Shown piece by piece: positions 44,038-55,917 of a stretch of DNA of 64,000 bases; the stretch's first letter is position 1; every line of letters starts with the position of its first letter. Where the stretch lies: NCBI GenBank assembly GCA_902512415.1, contig CABXJB010000001.1, forward strand, positions 4,384 through 68,383. The letters run 5' to 3'. A model generated the notes under the pieces. It did not search any database. It was not told the DNA's origin and saw nothing but the letters and a program-made list of their open reading frames with translations. The DNA is from an uncultured Alphaproteobacteria bacterium (GTDB taxonomy: Bacteria; Pseudomonadota; Alphaproteobacteria; HIMB59; GCA-002718135). A program made the position numbers and the translations under genes.

Positions 44038-44832
44038 ATGATTTCAACGAATCCTTTTGCAGAATTGTCACTAACTATCCCCTCCTCTTTAATGCAGTTA
44101 TTCGTTATAACCATGATTGCTCTAGTTATCATTGGTACTGTTATGGATATAATCCATAAAAAAAATGTAAAATATTTTTTTCAAAATGCGAAAAAAGCAA
44201 AACTCCAAGCTAAAACAGAAGTTAGTGCGGGGAAAAAAACATCCGTAGTTCTAAAAACAGTAGCTCATGAAATATTAACAACTTCTGAATTAGGTGCAGG
44301 AAAAAGAAGAGTGGCTCATCTATTAGGTATGTACGGAACTATTATTTTCTGGATTTCTTCCGTTATTATGATCTTTTGTTATTCTTCAACGAATATAGTT
44401 ACCCCTACTTACTGGCCAATCTTATGGCACTTAGGGGCATTGATGACTTGTCTTGGCGGATACTGGTTTTGGTTTTTTCTAAGAGTCGATGTTGTTGCAG
44501 AAGCCTATCCTTGGTACCGCATTATACAAGCAGACCTATTTGTTTTAGCGCTTATTATTACATCAACCTTAGCCTTGATATGGTCCTTTTTCCAATTCTC
44601 AAATATTAATGTTTGGGATACTTTATTTTTAGCTTTATTTGGAATATCTAATTTAGTTTTATTTGGGGGAGTATATTGGTCTAAATTTGCTCATATGTTT
44701 TATAAACCAGGCGCTGCAATACAAAAAAATTTAGCTGAAGCTGATGGTTCAAGAGATAACCTTCCGCTACCTGCAGATAAACCAAAACAATTTGGTTTAG
44801 GAATTAAAAGAGAAGCACCAAAACATTATTAA
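44038..44832 (+). CDS. aprM: APS reductase membrane anchor
   Basis: 264-aa polytopic membrane protein immediately upstream of aprBA, matching the known aprM-aprBA arrangement. Confidence 0.65.
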   Translation: MISTNPFAELSLTIPSSLMQLFVITMIALVIIGTVMDIIHKKNVKYFFQNAKKAKLQAKTEVSAGKKTSVVLKTVAHEILTTSELGAGKRRVAHLLGMYGTIIFWISSVIMIFCYSSTNIVTPTYWPILWHLGALMTCLGGYWFWFFLRVDVVAEAYPWYRIIQADLFVLALIITSTLALIWSFFQFSNINVWDTLFLALFGISNLVLFGGVYWSKFAHMFYKPGAAIQKNLAEADGSRDNLPLPADKPKQFGLGIKREAPKHY

Positions 44833-44872
44833 AAAATTATGAAAAAAATAAATAAAAAAAGGAAAAAATAAA

Positions 44873-45343
44873 ATGTCAACTTTTGTATATATGACTAAAT
44901 GTGATGGATGTGGACACTGCGTTGATATTTGTCCTTCTGATATAATGCACATTGATAAAACAACTCGTAGAGCTGTTAATATTGAGCCCAATATGTGTTG
45001 GGAATGTTATTCATGTGTAAAAGCATGCCCTAATGAAGCAATTGATGCAAGAGGTTATGCGGACTTTGCTCCAATGGGTCATAGCGTTCGTGTTTTGCGT
45101 GAAGAAGAAAAAGGAACAATTTCATGGAGAATAAAATTTAGAAATGGAACAGAAAAAAACTTTGAATCTCCAATCACAACAAAGCCTTGGGGAGAATATA
45201 TTCCAAAACTAGCTGAAAAAGAATTACCAACAAAAGAGGAGATAGATTCTGAGCTACTATACTTAGAGCCTAATGGTCTTAATATCGATACAGGTCTTCC
45301 AAAAATAAAAAAGAGTAATTTTAAACAAGGTGTTTATTACTAA
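44873..45343 (+). CDS. aprB: adenylylsulfate reductase beta subunit
   Basis: Two ferredoxin cluster motifs, CDGCGHCVDICP and CWECYSCVKACP; 156 aa; adjacent to aprA. Confidence 0.9.
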   Translation: MSTFVYMTKCDGCGHCVDICPSDIMHIDKTTRRAVNIEPNMCWECYSCVKACPNEAIDARGYADFAPMGHSVRVLREEEKGTISWRIKFRNGTEKNFESPITTKPWGEYIPKLAEKELPTKEEIDSELLYLEPNGLNIDTGLPKIKKSNFKQGVYY

Positions 45344-47202
45344 TGGCAAAAATTAAAACAGTTTATGAGAATTGTGATGTCCTCGTAGTAGGTGGAGGAA
45401 TGGCAGGAACTGGAGCTGCTTTTGAGGCAAGACACTGGGGTAGAGATTTAAAAATTATTTGTGTAGAAAAAGCTAATATTGATAGAAGTGGTGCTGTTGC
45501 TCAAGGTTTGTATGCAATTAATTGTTATATGGGTATGCAGTGGGGTGAGAATCAACCAGAAGATCATGTCAGGTATGCTAGAAATGATTTAATGGGACTT
45601 GTACGTGAAGATCTGGGTTACGATATGGCACGCCATGTTGATTCTACTGTTCATATGTTTGATGATTGGGGTTTACCAATGATGCGAAATGAAAAAACAG
45701 GACGCTATCTAAGAGAAGGTAAATGGCAAATAATGATTCACGGAGAAAGTTACAAACCAATAGTAGCAGAAGCAGCAAAAAAATCAGCGGATAAAATTTA
45801 CAATAGAATAATGATTACACATCTCCTTATGGATGAGAGTAAAGAGAATAGAGTTGGTGGTGCTGTTGGATTTAATATGCGTACTGGAAATTACCATGTC
45901 TTTAGAGCTAAAGCAGTAATAGTAGCTGCTGGTGGCGCATCTCATATTTTTAAACCTCGAGCTGTTGGGGAAGGAATGGGTAGAACTTGGTATGCACCTT
46001 GGAGTAATGGGTCAGCTTATGCTTTACCTATTGCTGTTGGAGCAAAAATGACACAAATGGAAAACAGAATTGTTCTAACGAGATTTAAAGATGGTTACGG
46101 TCCCGTTGGCGCTTATTTTCTTCATCTTAAGACGTATACTCAAAATGGTAATGGAGAAAATTATGAGAAAAAATGGTATGAAAAAACAAAAGAATTGGTT
46201 GGTGAATATATAGACCATGTTCCTGTTCCTACATGTTTGCGAAATCACGCTTTTATTGAAGAGGTTAAAGCTGGCGGTGGACCAATACATATGGTTACTA
46301 AAGAAGCTTTTCAAGATCCTCACTTAGAAACTGTTGGTTGGGAAAATTTTCTAGGTATGACCGTTGGTCAAGCAGTGGTATGGGCATCTCAAGATATTGA
46401 TCCAAAATATACAAATCCAGAACTAACTACTTCTGAACCCTATGTTATGGGATCACACGCAACATGCTCAGGTGCATGGGTAAGTGGACCTGAAGATTTA
46501 TCTCCTCCAGAGTATTTTTGGGGGTACAACAGAATGCTTACAGTTGACGGTTTGTTTGGCGCGGGTGATACTGTTGGTGGTAGTGCGCATAAATTTTCTT
46601 CTGGATCATTTACCGAGGGACGTTTAGCTGCAAAAGCTGCCGTTAAATATATCAAAGATCTTGGAGGTGAAGAAATAGAAGTTAATGAAGAACAGTGTGC
46701 TAATTTTAAAGATATTATCTATAAACCTCTTGAGAATTATAAAGTTGGTAGAAATGAAATAACAAGTGGCACAGTGTCGCCAAGTTATATTTTACCTATA
46801 CAAGGACTGCAACGTCTGCAAAAAATAATGGATGAATATGTAGGTGGGGTTGGAGTTAATTACATGACGAACGATAATTTGCTCAAAAAAGGAATTGAGC
46901 ATTTAAATATTTTACAAGAAGACCTTGAAAATATAGGAGCTGAAGACTATCATCAACTTATGCGTGCTTGGGAATTAAAACATCGTGCACTCACTTCACA
47001 ATGTGTAGCGGAACATACTCTTTTCCGTGAAGAAACAAGATGGCCAGGATATTATTATCGAGGTGATCATATGAAGTTGGATGATGAAAATTGGCATTGC
47101 TTAACGGTATCAAGAAGAGATCCTAAAACAGGTAAATTTACATTGGAGAAAGCTCCTCTTTATCATATCGTTGATGAAAAAGAAGAAAATGAATCTGCTT
47201 GA
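45343..47202 (+). CDS. aprA: adenylylsulfate reductase alpha subunit (FAD)
   Basis: FAD motif VVGGGMAGTGAA and fumarate-reductase-family flavoprotein pattern; 619 aa. Confidence 0.9.
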   Translation: MAKIKTVYENCDVLVVGGGMAGTGAAFEARHWGRDLKIICVEKANIDRSGAVAQGLYAINCYMGMQWGENQPEDHVRYARNDLMGLVREDLGYDMARHVDSTVHMFDDWGLPMMRNEKTGRYLREGKWQIMIHGESYKPIVAEAAKKSADKIYNRIMITHLLMDESKENRVGGAVGFNMRTGNYHVFRAKAVIVAAGGASHIFKPRAVGEGMGRTWYAPWSNGSAYALPIAVGAKMTQMENRIVLTRFKDGYGPVGAYFLHLKTYTQNGNGENYEKKWYEKTKELVGEYIDHVPVPTCLRNHAFIEEVKAGGGPIHMVTKEAFQDPHLETVGWENFLGMTVGQAVVWASQDIDPKYTNPELTTSEPYVMGSHATCSGAWVSGPEDLSPPEYFWGYNRMLTVDGLFGAGDTVGGSAHKFSSGSFTEGRLAAKAAVKYIKDLGGEEIEVNEEQCANFKDIIYKPLENYKVGRNEITSGTVSPSYILPIQGLQRLQKIMDEYVGGVGVNYMTNDNLLKKGIEHLNILQEDLENIGAEDYHQLMRAWELKHRALTSQCVAEHTLFREETRWPGYYYRGDHMKLDDENWHCLTVSRRDPKTGKFTLEKAPLYHIVDEKEENESA

Positions 47203-47539
47203 AAAATCAGATGAAGAAATATTAGATATAGCAAATCCTCTTTGGGATAACCTTGTAAACAGCTCGAACAAAAAAGATTATTTTGAATTCATAAAAGATT
47301 TTTCTGCCAAAATGCTCTTAGGTGCGAATGAAGTAGAAATAGGAAAACAATGGGCAAATAATAAATTGCTTACAAGTTTGGATGAAAATAAAATTTTTTT
47401 AGGATGTTTACGAAGGGATGGATTTGTTACTGTTTTATTTAAACAAAAAAGCAATGAAGTATCCGGAGATTTTTTAGGGAGACTTGTTCTTGGTATAGAA
47501 GATGATCAAATTAAAATATTTGGTGCAACTATTTTTTAA
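47189..47539 (+). CDS. hypothetical protein downstream of aprA
   Basis: Intact ORF overlapping the aprA 3' end. Start is ambiguous (47171, 47174 or 47189). No recognisable motif. Confidence 0.45.
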   Translation: MNLLEKSDEEILDIANPLWDNLVNSSNKKDYFEFIKDFSAKMLLGANEVEIGKQWANNKLLTSLDENKIFLGCLRRDGFVTVLFKQKSNEVSGDFLGRLVLGIEDDQIKIFGATIF

Positions 47540-48324
47540 ATAGCATTGTTAGAAGCTATAAATTCTGGATTTAATAAACTCTCCTTTTCATTATAATTTA
47601 TATCTTTATTATCCAAAGTTAATATTTTGCCACCCGCTTCATTTAAAATAATATGGCCAGCTGCTATATCCCATTCAGAAGTTGGTCCAAAACGAGGATA
47701 AATATCTGCATCACCTGCAGCTATTAAGCAAAATTTGAGTGAACTCCCTGCTTGAAGAATTTTTGCTTTGGGAAATTTTTCATTAACCCAATTTGCAAAA
47801 GTATTATTAGAATGAGAGCGACTTCCTATAATACGCACTATATTAGATTGTTCTGTCACAGTAATTTTTTTTGCTTCATCAAGACTGTTTAATTCAATTT
47901 TGGTATGTAATGAAAAAGATCCAAATCCTTTTTGAGCAAAATAGAGTGTTGATTTTGCAGGTGCAAAAATAACCCCTAAGATTGGGTTATTATTTTCAAT
48001 TAGAGCAATATTAACGGTGAACTCTCCATTTTTTTTAATAAACTCTTTAGTGCCGTCTAAAGGGTCAACTAACCAATATTTGCTCCAATTCTTTCTTTTG
48101 TTCCAATCAACAAGTGACTCTTCACTTAAAACAGGAATATTAGAATTTAAACTATGAAGTGAATCAATGATGAATTTATTAGAAGCTAAATCAGCTTTTG
48201 TTAAAGGAGATGAATCATCTTTATGAGTAACTGCAATATCTTTATTATAAAAATGAAGAATTTCATCTCCTGCTAATATGGCAATATTGCAAATATCTAG
48301 TAACAATTTTTTATTTTCAATCAT
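47536..48324 (-). CDS. cysQ: 3'(2'),5'-bisphosphate nucleotidase
   Basis: WLVDPLDGTKEF and GSSLKFCLIAAGDADIYPRFGPTSEWDIAAG, the CysQ-type pattern. Confidence 0.85.
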   Translation of the reverse strand: MIENKKLLLDICNIAILAGDEILHFYNKDIAVTHKDDSSPLTKADLASNKFIIDSLHSLNSNIPVLSEESLVDWNKRKNWSKYWLVDPLDGTKEFIKKNGEFTVNIALIENNNPILGVIFAPAKSTLYFAQKGFGSFSLHTKIELNSLDEAKKITVTEQSNIVRIIGSRSHSNNTFANWVNEKFPKAKILQAGSSLKFCLIAAGDADIYPRFGPTSEWDIAAGHIILNEAGGKILTLDNKDINYNEKESLLNPEFIASNNAI

Positions 48325-48361
48325 TGTTTTTCAACTGATATAAACATTTATCAATTTTATA

Positions 48362-49156
48362 TTAAAGGAAAATATTAAGTAAAAATAATTCAGTTATCTT
48401 AATTAACTGTGGACCTATCAATATATAGAGGAAACTTGCACCAATAATGTAGGGACCAAAGGGGAGTTGAGTTTTAAAATTTTTTCCTCCCCGAATTAAT
48501 AAGCAACTTCCAATTATTGCACCACTAAGTGCAGAAAGAATTAAAATAAATAAAATGCCGTGAATGCCAAATAAAAAACCTAGAACTATAAACAATTTTA
48601 AATCACCTAGTCCCATACCTTCCATTTTACGCACATATTGATAAAAAATAATTAATCCCCCAATAAAACTACCAGCTAGTAAAGCGCCTAGTGTGGATGG
48701 GTATAGCGATGTAAACATTGGATCTAGATTCGGTATAAATAATTTTCCTAATGCTAAGAGCCCAATTAGTAAAACAAGTGAATCGGGGATGATTAAATGT
48801 TTAAGATCAATGTAAAAGATCATAATAAAGATTGGTATAAGTATGAAAAAATAAAATAAATTAATATTTAATTCATAAGTCCATCCAAAATATAAAAAAA
48901 ACAACGCACTTAATAATTCTACAATAATATATCTCTGCTGTATTCGTTTTTCACAAAAAGCGCATTTTCCTTGTAAGTAGAGATAAGAGAATAAAGGAAT
49001 ATTATAGTAGTAGGGTAAAGTTGTTTTGCAATTAGGACAGTGTGATTTAGGTAGGACGATACTCTGTTGCAAGGGAAGACGGTGTATACATACATTGGTG
49101 AAACTACCAACCGCCAAACCGAGTAATACATATAAAACTAATTCAAAAAATAGCAT
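48362..49156 (-). CDS. pilD: prepilin peptidase (A24 family)
   Basis: CPNCKTTLPYYYNIPLFSY...GKCAFC zinc-ribbon-like motif and a polytopic A24 core. Confidence 0.85.
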   Translation of the reverse strand: MLFFELVLYVLLGLAVGSFTNVCIHRLPLQQSIVLPKSHCPNCKTTLPYYYNIPLFSYLYLQGKCAFCEKRIQQRYIIVELLSALFFLYFGWTYELNINLFYFFILIPIFIMIFYIDLKHLIIPDSLVLLIGLLALGKLFIPNLDPMFTSLYPSTLGALLAGSFIGGLIIFYQYVRKMEGMGLGDLKLFIVLGFLFGIHGILFILILSALSGAIIGSCLLIRGGKNFKTQLPFGPYIIGASFLYILIGPQLIKITELFLLNIFL

Positions 49157-49178
49157 ATAATATTATTAACAGAATTTC

Positions 49179-51299
49179 TTATCCTATAACAAGAAGAGTT
49201 AAATCATCATTAAGTTTTTCAGTTGTTTGCTGAATGGTAGTTACTGTTTTTTCTACCTCTCTTTTTGTTGAAAGTCCTTTATTTTTTTCTAAAATACTTT
49301 TAATTCCCTTAACCCCTAATTCTTCCCCTTTATTGTTTGTTGCTTCCGTAATTCCATCTGTAAAAATAAATAAACGTTTATCTTTTAATAATAAAGAGGT
49401 TGTTGGAAAAATTTCACCCGAATCTTGTTTCACAACACCTACTGGAATACCGGCTTCTGTATATTCCGTAAACTGACCTTTTTGATCGCGTACTAAAGGT
49501 GGTTGGTGACCAGCATTAGACCACTCAATCATCTGTGTTTCTACATCATATACACCTACAATCATTGTAATGAACATGCCTTGAACAGATGTTTCTACTA
49601 ATTCATTATTTGTTTCATATAAAATGTCTTGTGGCGACATCTCTTGTTTAGAGAAAATCTTAAATAACGTGGAAGCTTTTGCCATGACAATTCCAGCATT
49701 CACCCCTTTTCCTGAGACATCACCTAGAGTAAAATAGAGTTTATTATTCACAGGAATATAATCAAAAAAATCACCGGATATTTCTCCTAATGGAATATTA
49801 ATTCCTGCTACAGGATATTTATCTAAACTCACTGTGGGTAAAAGACTTTGCTGCACCTCTGCTGCTAAATTTATTTCACTGAGAATACGCTTCCGCCATT
49901 TATCCAGCTCAATTTTACTTTCTTCTAATTCTTGCATGATCCTATTATAATAAAAACCTATTTGCCCAGCATCAGTAAAAGGATCTTGCGGACCACGTAG
50001 AGACAAATCTTTCGTTTCCATTTGTTTTTTTAAAATTTTTAATAACTCAAAATTATCAGTTGAAGCATTATGTTCAACAATATTCAGTCCAAGCTCTTCT
50101 TGTACGCGTGTTACTCTTAAAGGGATAAAAAAATTAATTAAAAAAACAAGAAGATAGGAACCACAAAAACTATATGCGCCTATAGATAAAATTCCAATAA
50201 TTTGCACCTTTAATTGATTTCCCATACTGAGATCTGTTCCTATCAAATCAGCATTACCAAATAGTGCTACAGCTAAAGTGCCCCAAATACCAGCAAAGAG
50301 ATGAACAGGTATAGCTCCTACAACATCATCAATTTTTAATTTTTCTAAAATGCTATTCCCGTAACTTGCAATAATACCTCCAATCATTCCTATAGCAATT
50401 GCACTCAGTTGATTAACGGCATGACACGAAGCAGTAATGGCAACTAATCCAGCTAGTGGACCATTAATAATATAATGTGATTCAACTTTTTTTAAGATGA
50501 GATATCCAAAGGTTAAGCTTGCAATAAGACCGGCGGCGGCGGATAGAAATGTATTTACTAAAATAAGTGGGACTGTATCATCAAGAGCACCGTTACTCCC
50601 TCCATTAAAACCAAACCAACCAAACCATAAAATTAAGGTACCAAGAGCTGCTAAAGGAAGATTACTTCCGTTAAATTTTTGTACCGTATTATCTTTTTTA
50701 AAACGTCCAAAGCGCGGACCAATAACAATAGCGGCACTAAGTGCTATCCATCCTCCCACACTGTGAACTATTGTACTGCCAGCAAAATCAACAAATCCAA
50801 TTTTACCTAACCATCCCATTGAGTTTGTTAATGCTATTGCAGGATCACGATTTAAATCAGCCCAAGCCCAATGACCTGCTACTGGATAAATCAATAAAGC
50901 TGTGAAAAAAGTTATATATAAGTATCCAAAAAACTTTAACCGTTCCGCTACTACTCCCGATATAATTGAAGCAGCTGTTGCAACAAACATAGCCTGAAAA
51001 ACAAAAAAGCTTTGATTGAGGGCATTTTCTGAAACAAAGAAAAAACTATCTGTGCCAAATATACCTCCAAATGAGGATCCGAACATTATCCCAAATCCAA
51101 CTGCCCAAAAAACACTGACAGAAACACCAAAATCTGCAATATTTTTTAATGCTACATTAATATTATTTTTTTTTCTTGATAATCCAGCCTCTAAGCACAT
51201 GAAGCCAGCTTGCATAATAAAAACTAGGATGGCGCTAATAAGAACCCAAAGTGTGTCAATTTGCTGTTCCATAATTTTTTGTAATTCTATTATTGTCAC
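49179..51299 (-). CDS. amt: ammonium transporter (Amt) fused to a C-terminal PP2C/SpoIIE-type serine phosphatase domain
   Basis: Amt core over about residues 1-400 (VDFAGSTIVHSVGG), then a linker/coiled segment and RsbU-like phosphatase motifs (SGDFFDY, LGDVSGKG, FTDGITE). Confidence 0.85.
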   Translation of the reverse strand: MTIIELQKIMEQQIDTLWVLISAILVFIMQAGFMCLEAGLSRKKNNINVALKNIADFGVSVSVFWAVGFGIMFGSSFGGIFGTDSFFFVSENALNQSFFVFQAMFVATAASIISGVVAERLKFFGYLYITFFTALLIYPVAGHWAWADLNRDPAIALTNSMGWLGKIGFVDFAGSTIVHSVGGWIALSAAIVIGPRFGRFKKDNTVQKFNGSNLPLAALGTLILWFGWFGFNGGSNGALDDTVPLILVNTFLSAAAGLIASLTFGYLILKKVESHYIINGPLAGLVAITASCHAVNQLSAIAIGMIGGIIASYGNSILEKLKIDDVVGAIPVHLFAGIWGTLAVALFGNADLIGTDLSMGNQLKVQIIGILSIGAYSFCGSYLLVFLINFFIPLRVTRVQEELGLNIVEHNASTDNFELLKILKKQMETKDLSLRGPQDPFTDAGQIGFYYNRIMQELEESKIELDKWRKRILSEINLAAEVQQSLLPTVSLDKYPVAGINIPLGEISGDFFDYIPVNNKLYFTLGDVSGKGVNAGIVMAKASTLFKIFSKQEMSPQDILYETNNELVETSVQGMFITMIVGVYDVETQMIEWSNAGHQPPLVRDQKGQFTEYTEAGIPVGVVKQDSGEIFPTTSLLLKDKRLFIFTDGITEATNNKGEELGVKGIKSILEKNKGLSTKREVEKTVTTIQQTTEKLNDDLTLLVIG

Positions 51300-51431
51300 A
51301 TGTTTTTAATATGTATTTTAATTGTTTACACAATATATTTAAAAAAAAATGGTCCATTTCGGTCTTTGTAGCCAATTTACCCACTTTATTTGATTGATTT
51401 CATGAATGTTTGGTAGTAGGGGAGAAAAAAT

Positions 51432-52010
51432 ATGGTTGAAACTCCAAAATTGGAAACACTACCGAAAAGCCTTGCTGATGAAGGTAAACAGGTATTTTTA
51501 AATACAGAAAAAAATATTGGCGATAGTCCAAATAAAATGGTTATTGGCAGTGGCACTTCTTTTAAAGGATCAAATATTCAGACTGATGCAATAGAAATAT
51601 ATGGTAAGGTTGAAACAAGTGTTGCCGCAAAGATCATTTTTGTGGGCTCATCCGCAGAAATTATTGGTTCAGTTACTTGTGATCAAATTGAAATCCATGG
51701 ATCAGTAAGTGGTGCCATTCAAACTAATGGAAAAGTTACGATTAAAAAAACCGCTACTGTTATAGGCACTCTTCGTTACAAAACCCTATCAATAGAGGAA
51801 GGGGCGAACATTTATTCAGACTTACATTGCACTAACACTGATCAAAAAACACTTGATAAAGTTGCGCAATTAAAAAAAGTTATGAAATCAGCTGAACCAG
51901 TTAAAGGGCTTGGCAGTAAAAACACTTTCAACGGATCGGAATCACAACAATCCATTGAAAAACCTAAACAAGAAGAACCAAAGAAACGTTCATTTTTTTC
52001 AAAATCATAA
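51432..52010 (+). CDS. bactofilin-family cytoskeletal protein with Lys/Glu-rich tail
   Basis: Repetitive beta-helix pattern (IEIYGKVE...IIGSVTCDQIEIHGSVSGAIQTNGKVTIKKTATVIGTLRYKTLSIEEGA). Confidence 0.75.
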   Translation: MVETPKLETLPKSLADEGKQVFLNTEKNIGDSPNKMVIGSGTSFKGSNIQTDAIEIYGKVETSVAAKIIFVGSSAEIIGSVTCDQIEIHGSVSGAIQTNGKVTIKKTATVIGTLRYKTLSIEEGANIYSDLHCTNTDQKTLDKVAQLKKVMKSAEPVKGLGSKNTFNGSESQQSIEKPKQEEPKKRSFFSKS

Positions 52011-52189
52011 ATTTATCACTGCTGTTTCTCTATAATTACAAAACCTCGGTAGTCTAATTTGGACCTATGTTAAGAAATCCTTTGTTATTATAATTTATTT
52101 ATGATTTATGTACTCACTATTAACTAGGAGGAACGTTTTATGATTAAAATTTTAGGGATTTTTTTCTTAACTATGTTTTTAACTGTATC

Positions 52190-53655
<1,466 letters not shown>

Positions 53656-53700
53656 AAAATTGGTATAGCCAATTAATTTTATTAATAAAACTATTAATAT

Positions 53701-53778
53701 GGCGAACGTAGCTCAGTTGGTTAGAGCGCGGCCTTGTGGTGGCCGATGTCGTGGGTTCGAATCCCATCGTTCGCCCCA
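53701..53778 (+). tRNA. tRNA-His (GUG)
   Basis: Manual cloverleaf: G-1 paired with C73, acceptor gcgaacg/cgttcgc, anticodon loop ttGTGgt, T-loop ttcgaat, encoded CCA. Confidence 0.85.
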
Positions 53779-53854
53779 AATTTTAAAAAAACCATTTATA
53801 TTTTAAATTCTCTATTGTTTTTTATTGTAATCATCATAAAAGCGGCAGAATAAT

Positions 53855-53939
53855 GGGCCGATGGTGGAATTGGTAGACACGCTAGATTTAGGTTCTAGTG
53901 CCGCGAGGTGTGAAGGTTCAAGTCCTTTTCGGCCTACCA
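53855..53939 (+). tRNA. tRNA-Leu (UAG), class II
   Basis: Manual cloverleaf: acceptor gggccga/tcggcct, anticodon loop ttTAGgt, long variable arm, T-loop ttcaagt, encoded CCA. Confidence 0.85.
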
Positions 53940-53956
53940 TTTTAAGAGGTGTTTTG

Positions 53957-55306
53957 ATGTCAATAAAAGAAATTAAATCAGGAACTTTATATAAAGAGTA
54001 TTCATTAGAAATTCCATATGAGGATATCAATCAAATTATTGATTCTAAAATAAAAGAATTAATACCTACAGTATCTTTGCCAGGATTTAGAAAAGGAAAA
54101 GCACCTGTTAACATTGTTAGAAAAAAATATGAAAATAATGTCTTATCAGAGTCTTTAGAAAAATTAGTTCAAGAAAAGACCAAAGATTTAATGAATGAAA
54201 AAAAATTAAAACCATTTACCAAACCAAAAATAGACCTAAAAAAATATGAAAAAAATAAGCCTATTGAGGTTCAAATAAAAATTGATTTAGAGCCTGAAAT
54301 AAAACTAAAGGATTTTAAAAATATAAAGATAAATCAGTATGAAATTGATTTAGATAAAAAAATTGTAGAGAGTAATTATAAAGAATTCCTTAAATCTCAA
54401 AAAAAATATTTAGAAATCAAAAACAGTAGAGAAATTAAAAAAACTGATAGAGTTCTAGTAGATTTATCATCAAAAGAAGAAAGCATTCCTGATTATTTAA
54501 AAAATCAAAAAAATTTACCCATAGTAATCGATTCAGATTATCAAGTACTCCCTTTAATTGGAAAAAAATTATTAGATAAAAAATTAAAAAAAGGAGACAG
54601 GACAAATCTAGAATTAGATATTTCAAAATCGTTAAAATTAAATGAAGAAAAATTAGCAAAATTTGAAGTTGTAATAAATAATATTGAAGAGTTAGTTCCA
54701 TTTGTTGTGGATAAAGAATTTTTAAATAAAAATGGTCTAAATAGTGAAACTGACTTAAAAAATAATTTAGAAAAAAGTCTAATATCCCAATACGAAAATG
54801 GATTAAAGCAAATTGGGAAAAAAGAACTTATGGACATTCTTGATAAGGAGCATTCTTTTGATTTACCTCAAGGAATTCTCGAACAAGAATTTAATGATAT
54901 TTGGCATAGGCTTGAGCATGCAAAAAAAGAAGGAACTCTTGATGAAGATGATAAAAAACTTAATGATAATGAATTAAAAAAAAGATACGAAAAAATTTCT
55001 AAAAGAAGAGTTAAATTGGCTATTCTTTTACAGTTTATTGCTAAAGAAAATAAGATTGTTGTTGATGAAAAAGAATTGTCGAATGGAATGATGCAGTACG
55101 CTTCCCAATATCCAGGTCAAGAAAAAGAAATAATAGAATATTTTAAAAAGAATCCCTCATCAATTGAAACTATTAGAGGTCCTATACTAGAGGATAAAGT
55201 AATTAACCATGTAATTTCTCAATCCAATTCAATCAAAACAAAAGTTAATAAAGCTAGTTATGAAAAACTTGAGAAAAAAGTTTTTGATATTAAAAAGGAA
55301 ATATAA
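53957..55306 (+). CDS. tig: trigger factor
   Basis: PGFRKGKAP motif. Start moved to ATG 53957 (MSIKEIK) because the track ORF's first 32 codons read through tRNA-Leu. Confidence 0.9.
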   Translation: MSIKEIKSGTLYKEYSLEIPYEDINQIIDSKIKELIPTVSLPGFRKGKAPVNIVRKKYENNVLSESLEKLVQEKTKDLMNEKKLKPFTKPKIDLKKYEKNKPIEVQIKIDLEPEIKLKDFKNIKINQYEIDLDKKIVESNYKEFLKSQKKYLEIKNSREIKKTDRVLVDLSSKEESIPDYLKNQKNLPIVIDSDYQVLPLIGKKLLDKKLKKGDRTNLELDISKSLKLNEEKLAKFEVVINNIEELVPFVVDKEFLNKNGLNSETDLKNNLEKSLISQYENGLKQIGKKELMDILDKEHSFDLPQGILEQEFNDIWHRLEHAKKEGTLDEDDKKLNDNELKKRYEKISKRRVKLAILLQFIAKENKIVVDEKELSNGMMQYASQYPGQEKEIIEYFKKNPSSIETIRGPILEDKVINHVISQSNSIKTKVNKASYEKLEKKVFDIKKEI

Positions 55307-55917
55307 TGAAAGATATTGACAAAATTACTAATAATTTAATACCAATGGTAGTTGAGCAAACTTCTCGTGGTGAAAGAGCTTATGATATTTATTCTAGGTT
55401 ATTAAAAGAAAGAATTATTTTTTTAACTGGACCTATTGATGACAATATAGCAAGTCTCATTTGTGCTCAGTTGCTTTTTTTAGAGTCTGAAAATCCAAAA
55501 AAAGAAATTTCTTTTTATATTAATTCTCCTGGAGGGATAGTTTGGTCTGGCTTAGCGATTTATGATACTATGAAATATATATCTTCTGAAATAATGACTA
55601 TATGCATTGGTCAAGCTGCTTCCGCAGGATCATTGCTTTTAACAGCTGGATCTAAAGATATGAGATTTTCACTGCCTAATTCTAGAATTATGGTACATCA
55701 ACCAAGTGGAGGTTATCAAGGTCAAGTAACTGATATTGAAATTCATACTAATGAAATTAAAAAAACTAAACAAAGGTTAAATGAAATTTATTCTGAACAT
55801 ACTGGTAGAAAAATTGGAGAGATTCAGGAAGTTATGGAAAGGGACAGATATTTTTCACCTGAAGAAGCGGTAGAATTTGGATTAATTGATAAAATAGTTG
55901 AAAGTAGAAAAGCTTAG
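55306..55917 (+). CDS. clpP: ATP-dependent Clp protease proteolytic subunit
   Basis: GQAASAGS (catalytic Ser) and MVHQPSGG (His) motifs. Confidence 0.95.
   Translation: MKDIDKITNNLIPMVVEQTSRGERAYDIYSRLLKERIIFLTGPIDDNIASLICAQLLFLESENPKKEISFYINSPGGIVWSGLAIYDTMKYISSEIMTICIGQAASAGSLLLTAGSKDMRFSLPNSRIMVHQPSGGYQGQVTDIEIHTNEIKKTKQRLNEIYSEHTGRKIGEIQEVMERDRYFSPEEAVEFGLIDKIVESRKA

Noticed and set aside
53701-53778. tRNA-His checked for the loss of G-1 described in some alphaproteobacterial lineages.
   Set aside because: G-1 is genomically encoded and pairs with C73, which is the ordinary bacterial configuration.
53861-53956. N-terminal 32 codons of the track ORF 53861..55306.
   Set aside because: These codons read straight through tRNA-Leu (53855-53939). 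Trigger factor starts at ATG 53957.
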